A stretch of DNA of 52,665 bases from a virus. Its lineage: Duplodnaviria > Heunggongvirae > Uroviricota > Caudoviricetes. Positions 41,301-48,680 of this stretch are shown here, piece after piece. The stretch lies in the IMG/VR virus record IMGVR_UViG_3300036856_000037. One strand, 5' to 3'. The notes below the pieces were generated by a model, which had not been told where the DNA came from, did no database searches, and saw nothing but the letters and a program-made list of their open reading frames with translations. Position numbers and translations under genes: made by a program. Numbering within the stretch: the stretch's first letter is position 1; each line of letters opens with the position of its first letter.

Positions 41301-42604
41301 GCCGTCGCGGTGCTCGTCAGTTGCGCGAAGAAAGCGTTGGACGAGAAGTTGACGTTACCGTCCCACTCAGCAATGGTGCTGGCAGTCGGGGTTGCACTCC
41401 CGCCGCCGCCACTGGGTGTTGCCCAGGTGTTGTCACCACGCAGATACGTGGTGCTGGACGCGCTACCGGTACCCAGTTGGGTGGTCCCGACGACGCCCGA
41501 GGAGTTGAGGCCGGCATAACCGGAGTCCTGATTCTTGTTGCCCTGCCACTCCAAGGTGGCGTTGGACCCGGGGAATGTGATGGTCACGCCGTCAGTGCCC
41601 GACAACGTCAGGGAGTTATTGACCGTCAGCGCCTTACCGCTGGCGTAGATGCCGCCGAAGTACTGGCCGTCCCAGCCCGAGGAACTACTGGGCGCGTTGG
41701 CCAGCGCGGTGAAGATGCCACTTGTCCCCCCGGCCAGCGCCACCACTGTACTGGCACCTGAGGCCTGGACAGTCACCGCGCCGGTGCTGTTATTGATGAT
41801 GAAATACGTTGCGCCAGCGACGATTCCCGTGCCGGGCAGTTTCACCGTCTGGGTGCTGGTGCCGGTGAACACCTGGATCTGGTGACTGACGATGCTGAGC
41901 GTGGTGGTCCCGGCGGCGGTGGCGGTGCTGGTCAGGCTGGAGAAGAACGCATTGGCGCTCATGTTCACGTTGCCGTCCCATTCGGCAATCGTGCTGGCAG
42001 TGGGGACAGCACTGCCGGTGGCGCCGCCACCGCTGGCGCCCAGGAGTTCCAGGGCCGCCGCCGCGGTGCTGGCTGACACCAACGAGGCACCGAAGGGCGT
42101 GATGCTGTTGGGGAGCACCACGTTGGGCACCGTGCCGCCGTAGGCCAGCCGGGAGAGATTGGGGTCGGTGATGTTGACCGATGTGGTGTCTGAGGACGCG
42201 ATGAAGGCGAACGGCTGGATCTGCTGGTTACCCGTGGCATAGACGACGTTGGTGAAGGACACGTCGTAGATGAGACTGCCGATACCTTGCGCCGCGAGGT
42301 TGAGGACGGCCGAGTTGGCCAGCAGCTCCACACCGGTGGCCTGGGACTGGCCGATGGTCTCGAGCACCCCTTGGACGATGCGACCCTGGACGGCAGTGAT
42401 GGCGACGGCGGTGTTGGCGCTGTTGCCGCCCCCCAGGTCCAGGTTCTCCACATAGGTGGTGAAGCCGGTGGGGACACGAGGAGTGAAGGTGACAAGGCCG
42501 CTGACCACACCGAAGGCCGGGGCCGTTTGCTCCCCGTACAGCGGCGGGTTCTGGATGTCGTTGAAGTTGCCGGTGACGGTGAAGTACGTCAGCTCATTGG
42601 CCAT
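38369..42604 (-). CDS. tail fibre/spike: four ~200-aa repeats plus pectate-lyase-like beta-helix (depolymerase) domain
   Basis: repeats PTAST.AEWD.N.N..., NKNQ.SGYAGLNSSG, LRGDN.W; NVPENYGA.ADGTTDDTTAMQ...YKISS.L beta-helix start. Confidence 0.85.
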   Translation of the reverse strand: MANELTYFTVTGNFNDIQNPPLYGEQTAPAFGVVSGLVTFTPRVPTGFTTYVENLDLGGGNSANTAVAITAVQGRIVQGVLETIGQSQATGVELLANSAVLNLAAQGIGSLIYDVSFTNVVYATGNQQIQPFAFIASSDTTSVNITDPNLSRLAYGGTVPNVVLPNSITPFGASLVSASTAAAALELLGASGGGATGSAVPTASTIAEWDGNVNMSANAFFSSLTSTATAAGTTTLSIVSHQIQVFTGTSTQTVKLPGTGIVAGATYFIINNSTGAVTVQASGASTVVALAGGTSGIFTALANAPSSSSGWDGQYFGGIYASGKALTVNNSLTLSGTDGVTITFPGSNATLEWQGNKNQDSGYAGLNSSGVVGTTQLGTGSASSTTYLRGDNTWATPSGGGGSATPTASTIAEWDGNVNFSSNAFFAQLTSTATAAGTTTLTITSDQIQVLTGTTTQTVKLPTTSIPAGAQYWVINQSTGAVTVQASGGGTITILAGGTSGIFTATSATPTTTTGWSGEYFGISIASGKVLTVSNSLTLAGTDGNTLTVPSGGGTAEIQGNKNQNSGYAGLNSSGVVATAQLGSGSASSSTFLRGDNTWSTPGGSGVSGSTSPTASTAAEWDTNLNLAANAFLTSATSTATAAGTTTLTIASTQVQVFTGTTTQTVKLPTTSVPAGLQYQVINNSTGLVTVQSSGANTIVILGAGTSGIFSALTATPTTAANWDCQYLGLFAASGKYLTVNNSLTLAGTDGNTFTVPSGGGTGEVQGNKNQNSGYAGLNSSGLVAAAQLGTGSASTSTFLRGDNSWASPGAASGSTTPTASTIAEWDANINLSSNAFLAQMTSTATAGGTTTLTITSDQIQVFTGTTTQTVLLPTTSVPAGAQYQVINNSTGAVTVESSGANSIVVLGPNTNATFTALTATPTTAANWDCFYAVQSSAAWNVPENYGAHADGTTDDTTAMQAWLNNVYQNQGTGYLTPGKTYKISSALTLGTTGATTHYGSWTINGMGATISQATNGDEIFAFLAEDFNDFVIRNLNFAYASQQSSSNSSTGAISFDCTTTLGYGWWHGIFENLDFQGTCYRGIFLKETSGHQVSVWGCTFDNIRSEYGTTGSCIRLCGNGNVGMPANRFTAIYQDRNGCPSTEAMIRLTIQFSPVLSNLEVNESTNGGPDVYIDYSSNVRIDQFRTEIGSNNANDGILKFVQATGSVSNWEVSNRAYATNAGAVFDLSQSSKVDIGSGFISVYSVTMPGSNLAIVYLEDATCEVNWTGTPHGYNVSGTPIDIPGTSGILMYRLATSAALINPWTTSITSSATPTFNTDSTNTVLITALAAAITSMTSGMTGNPIDGQQLTFRFKDNGTARTITWGSKFAASGISGTLLGTTVVNKTHVVRFLYDTVKAAWVCIYQDTTGY

Positions 42605-42839
42605 GCCAGTTCTTTCCTGGAGCGACTGAGACGAGTCAACTCTATCGGCTGGGTAGCGACCAGACGGTTAACCTGCGCCGCTGTTTTGGCGGCTGTACGG
42701 CGCGTAGGCCGACGTTTGGCGCGGCGGCGGGGTATGTGTTGGGTATGGCTGACGACGAGAAGCAGGACGACAAGGACGACGAGAAGGTTGGGGACTTGAG
42801 CCGCGACCCCGACAGCGCAGGCAACTTCGTACCGCCGTT

Positions 42840-43538
42840 GTGGCTGGGGAAGATCATCAAGTTCGCCCGCGGTCGATAAAGTACCGTGAACGCGCTGTCG
42901 TCCTGCGTCACCAGCAGGCGCGGGAGCACGACTGGACCGTCACACTTCTGACGCGCGACCATCACGTCCTGACCGCACTGCTCAAGTACGCCCAGCGACC
43001 GTCGAACAGGTTGCGTCCCCGGCTTCGGGTCGGCGCGCATGTTGACGTGGAGTTGTACCGGGGGAATGTCATCACGCACGTCCAGCCGGTGGACGCGGTC
43101 CTCACTCACGCCTACGTCCCGGCCATGATGGAGGCGGCGGAGCTACTGGCTGAGGAAGGCCCGTGTGGTGACCTCTACTGGCTGACCGTCACGACACTGC
43201 GGGCCAAGGTGGCGCCGGGTCCGATGTTTGCCTCCTACCTCCTGCGCGCCATGGAGCTTTCCGGCTGGGGGCTGGCGCTGGCAGCGTGCGCGTGTTGTGG
43301 GGCACCGGGACCACACAAAGCGTTCCACGTCGCCGCCGGGGGGAGCGTGTGCCTGCGCTGTCGACCCCCGGGCGCCATCGTGGTGGAGTTGGAGTTGGTG
43401 GAGTTGCTGGCGGCATTGCGTGGGGAGAAGTGGGTGGTGGTGGAAGCCGCGCCGGCGAGCCTGGGCGCGCGCGCGACGGGGCTGATCGTGGCGCACTTTC
43501 AACAGCAGGTGGAGTGTCAGCTTGAGCGGTTGCCGTAA
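42840..43538 (+). CDS. recO: DNA repair protein RecO (actinobacterial type)
   Basis: YRERAVVLR, VTLLTRDH, YLLRAM..SGW..AL..CACCG.PGPHKAFHVAAGGSVC..CRP; start uncertain. Confidence 0.88.
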   Translation: MAGEDHQVRPRSIKYRERAVVLRHQQAREHDWTVTLLTRDHHVLTALLKYAQRPSNRLRPRLRVGAHVDVELYRGNVITHVQPVDAVLTHAYVPAMMEAAELLAEEGPCGDLYWLTVTTLRAKVAPGPMFASYLLRAMELSGWGLALAACACCGAPGPHKAFHVAAGGSVCLRCRPPGAIVVELELVELLAALRGEKWVVVEAAPASLGARATGLIVAHFQQQVECQLERLP

Positions 43539-43612
43539 CCTGCTACCGCACGCGGGTGGCGGCTGGTACTGTCATTGCCGTTACGTACCAGTCACTACGA
43601 GAGGAGCCGACC

Positions 43613-43675
43613 ATGCGACAGCATCGTAAACACGAGCCCGAACGCATGCAGAATAACGTCGGCGCTCGTAGCTGA
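43613..43675 (+). CDS. leader peptide MRQHRKHEPERMQNNVGARS of the Lys/Glu/Asn/Gln/Met tRNA cluster
   Basis: GAGGAG SD; AAA, GAG, GAA, AAT/AAC and CAG codons; pairs with the tRNA-Lys 5' strand. Confidence 0.7.
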   Translation: MRQHRKHEPERMQNNVGARS

Positions 43676-43733
43676 GTGGTTGTAGCTGGGGACTTTTAAT
43701 CCTTAGACGGGGGTTCGATTCCCTCCGGGCGCA
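43662..43733 (+). tRNA. tRNA-Lys(TTT)
   Basis: GGGGA-CTTTTAA-TCCTT. Confidence 0.9.
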
Positions 43734-43789
43734 CCGATTGGTGTCAATAACAGCATCGTTAGCAACGAGCGCTTCGGCACCAATCTCCC

Positions 43790-43863
43790 GGTCCGGTGGG
43801 GTAGTGGTTCAGCCTGCCGCCCTTTCAAGGCGGACGACCTCGGTTCGAATCCGAGTCGGACTA
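43790..43863 (+). tRNA. tRNA-Glu(TTC)
   Basis: CCGCC-CTTTCAA-GGCGG. Confidence 0.92.
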
Positions 43864-43864
43864 C

Positions 43865-43937
43865 GGCTCCTTGGAGTAGACGGAATCTCGCCACCTTCTC
43901 ACGGTGGAGAACACGGGTTCGAATCCCGTAGGAGCTA
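43865..43937 (+). tRNA. tRNA-Glu(CTC)
   Basis: CCACC-TTCTCAC-GGTGG. Confidence 0.92.
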
Positions 43938-43996
43938 CGTGACAACTGGATAGAGAATTCGTACGTTCAGGCGAAAATAAAAGAACAGTACGACAT

Positions 43997-44070
43997 TGGC
44001 TCGTAGCTCAATGTGGCAGAGCGCTCGGCTGTTAACCGAGTGGTTGAAGGTTCGACCCCTTCCGAGTCAG
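43997..44070 (+). tRNA. tRNA-Asn(GTT)
   Basis: CTCGG-CTGTTAA-CCGAG; G73. Confidence 0.92.
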
Positions 44071-44082
44071 CGCAACACTTAA

Positions 44083-44153
44083 TCCGGGATCGTCTAATGG
44101 CAGGACAACACCCTCTGGAGGTGGGAACCGAGGTTCGACCCCTTGTCCCGGAG
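44083..44153 (+). tRNA. tRNA-Gln(CTG)
   Basis: ACACC-CTCTGGA-GGTGG; G73. Confidence 0.9.
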
Positions 44154-44171
44154 CGTAACAACTGAAGACTT

Positions 44172-44249
44172 AGCGCGGTAGGAAAGTTTGGTAATCCGCT
44201 GGGCTCATAACCCAGAGAACGCTCGGTTCAAATCCGGCCCGCGCCACCA
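44172..44249 (+). tRNA. initiator tRNA-Met(CAT)
   Basis: A1.C72 mismatch; three G:C pairs CTGGG/CCCAG; encoded CCA. Confidence 0.88.
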
Positions 44250-44273
44250 AGCGCCCTGGCATATAATGGCAGG

Positions 44274-44444
44274 GTGATCTACCTCGACGTAGTGCCGCTA
44301 CACCGGCTCAAGCCCGGTGAGAAGTTTGTTCTGACGTCCGGTGGCGCTTCCGACAACCCCATCGAAGTGCTCTACCGGACCCCCGAACTTGCCAACATGC
44401 CCGAGGGTCAACTGTCGGTTATTCGAGTCAAAGACAGCATGTGA
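44274..44444 (+). CDS. hypothetical protein (56 aa), leaderless
   Basis: TGGCA-TATAAT-N6-GTG. Confidence 0.55.
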   Translation: MIYLDVVPLHRLKPGEKFVLTSGGASDNPIEVLYRTPELANMPEGQLSVIRVKDSM

Positions 44445-44742
44445 TGAGCTACGCGCGGACCACCTGGACCCACGCCGCGTCGAGCGAAAGCTACCTCATC
44501 TTCCCCTGCCTCAAATGCGGCGACCCTCATTGGATGGAGGCCCCGAAGGAGGGGGACGTGGTGTCCGAGTCGTTCGACTGTGGCGTCACCATCACCGTGG
44601 GGCCAGTCCAATGAGTGAATGGGTCGACTGGGGTAAAGATGACACCGTCAGCACCGGCCCGTCGCCGAGCATCATTCTCGCCGCTATCACCATCGCCCTC
44701 GCGGTACTCACGGCCATAGTGCTTCTCCGGTAATTGACTACT

Positions 44743-44768
44743 GATGTGCCAGTCGCCTGGCGTAAAAT
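44743..44768 (+). promoter_or_regulatory. dyad promoter, copy 6 (leaderless ATG at 44775)
   Basis: GATGTGCCAG-TCGCC-TGGCG-TAAAAT. Confidence 0.75.
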
Positions 44769-44774
44769 GGCGGT

Positions 44775-45215
44775 ATGGACTTTTTACAGAAGGACCAGCT
44801 ACAGCGCGGCGGCATCTACGCCATCCGTAGCCGCAACCTCATCGTCGGCGCCTATGACGGAGAGCGTGGCTTCGTCGGTATCCGCGAGAAGTTCGGCGAC
44901 AAGTACCTGTTCAAGGAGTACTTAGGCCGCGAACACGGCGGGGAGCCGGGGTTTGACACCGTCCACCCGGTGAAGCTCCTCGACATGGTCCCTGATGGGA
45001 TGGAGATCAAGGAGTACGGCGACCTCATCTGCATGACCTGCAAAGAGAATCCCCGGCCAACCGGCAAGGACTGGCCTGAGCGGGATGAATGCGCCTGCGG
45101 GACTAACGCCGAGACGACGGACCAAGACATTCGGATACCGATGTACCGACCACTGTTCGACCTGCTCGTGCCTTATGAGGAGCGACAGGAGAAGGAGTGG
45201 TACGGCGACGATTAA
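44775..45215 (+). CDS. hypothetical protein, paralog of 47582..48058
   Basis: RGG.Y....RNL.V..YDG..GF.GIR.K.G..YLF.EY. Confidence 0.75.
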   Translation: MDFLQKDQLQRGGIYAIRSRNLIVGAYDGERGFVGIREKFGDKYLFKEYLGREHGGEPGFDTVHPVKLLDMVPDGMEIKEYGDLICMTCKENPRPTGKDWPERDECACGTNAETTDQDIRIPMYRPLFDLLVPYEERQEKEWYGDD

Positions 45216-45419
45216 GGCTGCTCAGGGTGCGGATCGTCCCTAATGCGCCGGCGCCCGTCGTTGTCTACCCAGGAGCGGCGAATGCGTACTTTGCTCAGCG
45301 GGCGGCCACCACTACGGTCGACGCCAGACGAAGAACCCGAGCAGTAGCAGGGTGTTGATAACCGTAAGGATCAGTGTGATTAGCTCGATGGTGTTCGCAG
45401 GCATGGTTGGTACCTCCTA

Positions 45420-45569
45420 TCAGTAATAATGTCTTCCCCCGACACCGTGGCCGGTGGCGTGAAGGACGTATAGGACAGCACCAATGACAAGGATGATGGC
45501 GCCGATGTCGAAAATGATCGGCGCGAAGAAGTAGCCGACGACCATCAGGATGATCCCGAGAACAATCAT
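45420..45569 (-). CDS. small actinobacterial membrane protein (DUF6131-like)
   Basis: MIVLGIIL...IGAIILVIGAVL...GHGVGGRHYY. Confidence 0.7.
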   Translation of the reverse strand: MIVLGIILMVVGYFFAPIIFDIGAIILVIGAVLYVLHATGHGVGGRHYY

Positions 45570-45639
45570 GGGTTGAGGTTACCCCGGCTTTGCTCGACTA
45601 ACCCCCCACTGGTGAGTGTCTAGTTCATGGCTACCTACC

Positions 45640-45665
45640 GATGTGCCAGGCCGGTGGCGTATAAT
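45640..45665 (+). promoter_or_regulatory. dyad promoter, copy 7
   Basis: GATGTGCCAG-GCCGG-TGGCG-TATAAT. Confidence 0.75.
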
Positions 45666-45712
45666 TTTCCCAGGGGTGGCAAGTGTCCATCCATGGGGAG
45701 GAGCGCAGCCAG

Positions 45713-45982
45713 ATGCGAATTGACGTGACCGTCCGGTACAAGCCGGGAGAATACGGCCACGCCAGGAGTGTTCATCAGGGCATCTTGGCCGAGATCGGCC
45801 AGGACATCACTGTCACCCGAGAGCGGCTCATCATGGACCCGGGTTACAGCTTCGGTGACGTGGTGGCGCAGTATGGCCGCGCGTTCACCCACCTGGCAAC
45901 GCTGGCCAAACTTCGGCTGGGCCGCCAGGTTATTAAGGTGCTCGACCTCCCCGTGGGACTGCGGAAGATCAGTGATGGCTAG
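45713..45982 (+). CDS. hypothetical protein
   Basis: GAGGAG RBS. Confidence 0.65.
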   Translation: MRIDVTVRYKPGEYGHARSVHQGILAEIGQDITVTRERLIMDPGYSFGDVVAQYGRAFTHLATLAKLRLGRQVIKVLDLPVGLRKISDG

Positions 45983-46193
45983 CAACGGCAGAGGTGTCCG
46001 ACCGGCGGACGGTGACACCACCTATGCCCGGTTGCTCCGCAAGGGTGACCGCTTCTACCGCAGTGGTGACCGGCTGACCGTGGCGGATGCGCCGGTAATG
46101 AACGGCGAGCATGTCGTTGTCCCCATCGTCAACTCCCATGCGCTGTGGCTGGGCCGCGATACCCGGGTGTACCTGAAGCGGCGGGTGCGATGA
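45975..46193 (+). CDS. small SH3-like hypothetical protein
   Basis: ARLLRKGDRF. Confidence 0.6.
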   Translation: MASNGRGVRPADGDTTYARLLRKGDRFYRSGDRLTVADAPVMNGEHVVVPIVNSHALWLGRDTRVYLKRRVR

Positions 46194-46408
46194 AGACAGT
46201 CAAGATCGAGTGGGTGACGTCGGAGCGCCACAGCGGCAACTTCAATGTCCCCGACGACTTCGACCCCGGCAACTACAACATCGAAGACGCGCTGGCTGAC
46301 CACGATGAGGAGACGTTCGACTGGCTCGAGCGCGACAACGTTGAGGTCTATGACCAGCCGTATAACGAGGACCACCACGTACTAGACCTAGAGGGATACC
46401 GACTGTGA
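46190..46408 (+). CDS. acidic hypothetical protein
   Basis: ATGA coupling. Confidence 0.65.
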   Translation: MKTVKIEWVTSERHSGNFNVPDDFDPGNYNIEDALADHDEETFDWLERDNVEVYDQPYNEDHHVLDLEGYRL

Positions 46409-46599
46409 GCACGGCAAATGACGTCAAGCTGGCCATTACGCGAAGCCCCGACCGCTTTGAAAACGCTTTGTGGAGCGTCCAGTTCGCGCGTAAGAACTGG
46501 CTGTCTGGCCCTGACCAGGCTCAGAACTACCGGATGCACGCCCACGAGATGTCCAGCGCGATTGGCGAACTGTTGCGCGCAGTAGGAATCCACGACTGA
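46405..46599 (+). CDS. hypothetical protein
   Basis: GTGA coupling. Confidence 0.6.
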   Translation: MSTANDVKLAITRSPDRFENALWSVQFARKNWLSGPDQAQNYRMHAHEMSSAIGELLRAVGIHD

Positions 46600-46608
46600 G
46601 AGGTCACC

Positions 46609-46968
46609 ATGGCCAAGGAAACACCCCAGGAGGCACCCCGTCCCATCGAACGCCTGTCGCCGGAGGACCTCACCATGTGGGCCGAAGGCTTGGCCAAGGG
46701 TCAGGTCTTTACCGGCAACGACTGTCCGCCCGACTTGCTGGCGATGGTGTTCATGCCACTGGGGATGGGTGCGCTCAGCGGCCAGCAGATCGACTGGGAC
46801 AGCATCGGCAACGTCGTGCAGTGGATCAGCAAAGCGGGGCCGCAGGGTATCAATGGCCTGCCGGTCTTCATGTCGTGTCACATCATCCACAAGGACGACT
46901 GGACCATCATCGCTGACCGAGCGCTCAAAGCACATGAAGCACTGCAGGCCGCGCTGAAGGGTGAATGA
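46609..46968 (+). CDS. conserved phage hypothetical protein
   Basis: GAGGT RBS; MVFMPL.MG, INGLPVFMSC. Confidence 0.75.
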   Translation: MAKETPQEAPRPIERLSPEDLTMWAEGLAKGQVFTGNDCPPDLLAMVFMPLGMGALSGQQIDWDSIGNVVQWISKAGPQGINGLPVFMSCHIIHKDDWTIIADRALKAHEALQAALKGE

Positions 46969-47197
46969 GCCTGTGAGCCTACAGTGGAAGGCTGATGAGA
47001 CCTGCCGGTTGTACACCGCGCTGGAAATGACCCGAGTGTGGGAGATCCAGATGGACGGTGACCAGTGGCAGCTTCGCGTCCGCCCACGCGCCTGGACGAG
47101 AGACCCGCTTGAATGGCGCGTCCTGGGGGAGTACAAGAATCCGGCGACGGCGATGGCGTATGCCGACTACGAGCGAGAGACCATGACAACGCCGTGA
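46961..47197 (+). CDS. hypothetical protein
   Basis: coupled ORF. Confidence 0.6.
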   Translation: MNEPVSLQWKADETCRLYTALEMTRVWEIQMDGDQWQLRVRPRAWTRDPLEWRVLGEYKNPATAMAYADYERETMTTP

Positions 47198-47417
47198 CTG
47201 ACCTTCGTACCCGTATCGGCTACCTGCGGCCATGGAATTGGGCTTTTCCTTGGCGGCGCTGCCAGTGCTGCCATGCCCGCAACACTTCAGTCACCGACTG
47301 GTCGTTCAAGATTCGCAATACAGGCAAGCCGAGTCGACGAACGTGGATGTGCGGGGAGTGCGGCTACGGGCTGTGCAACTTCGACTGTAACGGCGTCCCA
47401 TGGAGACGGAGGCATGT

Positions 47418-47582
47418 GTGAACTTTTTAATACTGACCTTGACCTATCTGGTGCCCGTCATGGCGGCGGTAGGGGTGGGCTGGTACATCGGCCATGGCCG
47501 TGGTCACGACGTGGGTTACCAGCAGGGCTACCACGACGGCCAGTTTGACGAGAAGATGGGCACGTTCGGAGGAAGACGATAG
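47418..47582 (+). CDS. small membrane protein
   Basis: TM then GYQQGYHDG repeat. Confidence 0.55.
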   Translation: MNFLILTLTYLVPVMAAVGVGWYIGHGRGHDVGYQQGYHDGQFDEKMGTFGGRR

Positions 47583-48058
47583 TGGAGCTATTACAGCGGG
47601 ACAAGCTGGTCCGGGGCGGCCTCTACACCGTCACCTGCCGCAACCTGGAGGTCGCGGTGTATGACGGCGGGGAGGGATTCATCGGCATCCGTGACAAGGT
47701 GGGCGCCCGCTACCTGTTTACTGAGTACCTGTCGCGCGCCTGCGGTGGCACCCAGTTGGGCTCCGACACCTGCCGACCTGAGGTGTTACTGATGCAGGTA
47801 CCCAATGGGATTGAACTGCGGGAGAACCTGGGTGAGGCCTGCAGGGAGTGCAAGAAACCGGTGTGGTGGACCGGCCCGCCGGCGCCCGCTGAATGGGCCT
47901 GTCAGTCAGGGTGCAAGAATGTCATGCCCGAGGGATTGGGAAACACCCCGCTGTTCGACTTCCTCGACAGCTACCTGCGGGAGCGGCAAATTCGAGCGGC
48001 CACGTCAATCAAGGCGTTCTATGACCAGACGGAGGGAAGCGATGCTACCGATACGTGA
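47582..48058 (+). CDS. hypothetical protein, paralog of 44775..45215
   Basis: shared N-terminal motif. Confidence 0.75.
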   Translation: MELLQRDKLVRGGLYTVTCRNLEVAVYDGGEGFIGIRDKVGARYLFTEYLSRACGGTQLGSDTCRPEVLLMQVPNGIELRENLGEACRECKKPVWWTGPPAPAEWACQSGCKNVMPEGLGNTPLFDFLDSYLRERQIRAATSIKAFYDQTEGSDATDT

Positions 48059-48184
48059 CCTGCGGCCTACCGACGAGATCGTGAAGGAAATCGACGAGCT
48101 GGACAACCGGACGGGTGACGCCGCTGGCGCGCGTCAAGAGTATCTGCTGAACGAGATTCGACTGCGCAAAGACGAGGGAACGCT

Positions 48185-48553
48185 CTAAAGGTCGGCGCGG
48201 GTGGCTTCCCAGCGGCCCCACGCGGTGGGTTTGCCGACGTTGTATATCGCCGTGCCGTTAACCGCCTTGATGGACAAGATGGCCCCGTAGAAGCAATGCC
48301 CCCCGCGCCACCGCTGGCAGCACATGACGGGGTCGCACATATCAAAAGCCTGATAGGTCACCGTGACCCACGGGTTGCTCTTGTTCGGCCCCGCCACCTG
48401 GTAGAGGAAACTGTCTTCGAGCCACACGTCCCGGTCGGCGCGGTCGATGAACAACTGGCCGTCCACCATGCGGATGCGGCACTCGCCCCGGGAGTTGTGG
48501 GCCAGTCGACGTCGCTCGGTACCTCTGGTGCGCTCAGGAAGATTGACGATCAC
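48185..48553 (-). CDS. hypothetical protein
   Basis: GGAGG RBS. Confidence 0.65.
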   Translation of the reverse strand: MIVNLPERTRGTERRRLAHNSRGECRIRMVDGQLFIDRADRDVWLEDSFLYQVAGPNKSNPWVTVTYQAFDMCDPVMCCQRWRGGHCFYGAILSIKAVNGTAIYNVGKPTAWGRWEATRADL

Positions 48554-48680
48554 GACCCCTCCAGCTTCTTGGCGATCCGCTCCAGCTCGGCGATTATTGC
48601 CTTGCTGTCCTCTATGTCATCGGGGTGACGTGTCCAGTATGCAATAGCTCCACGGACTTGTCCGAGCGTTACGGCGTCAC

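Noticed and set aside
40613-41761. 382-aa and other plus-strand ORFs within the tail fibre
   Set aside because: Shadow frames caused by GC-rich codon bias.
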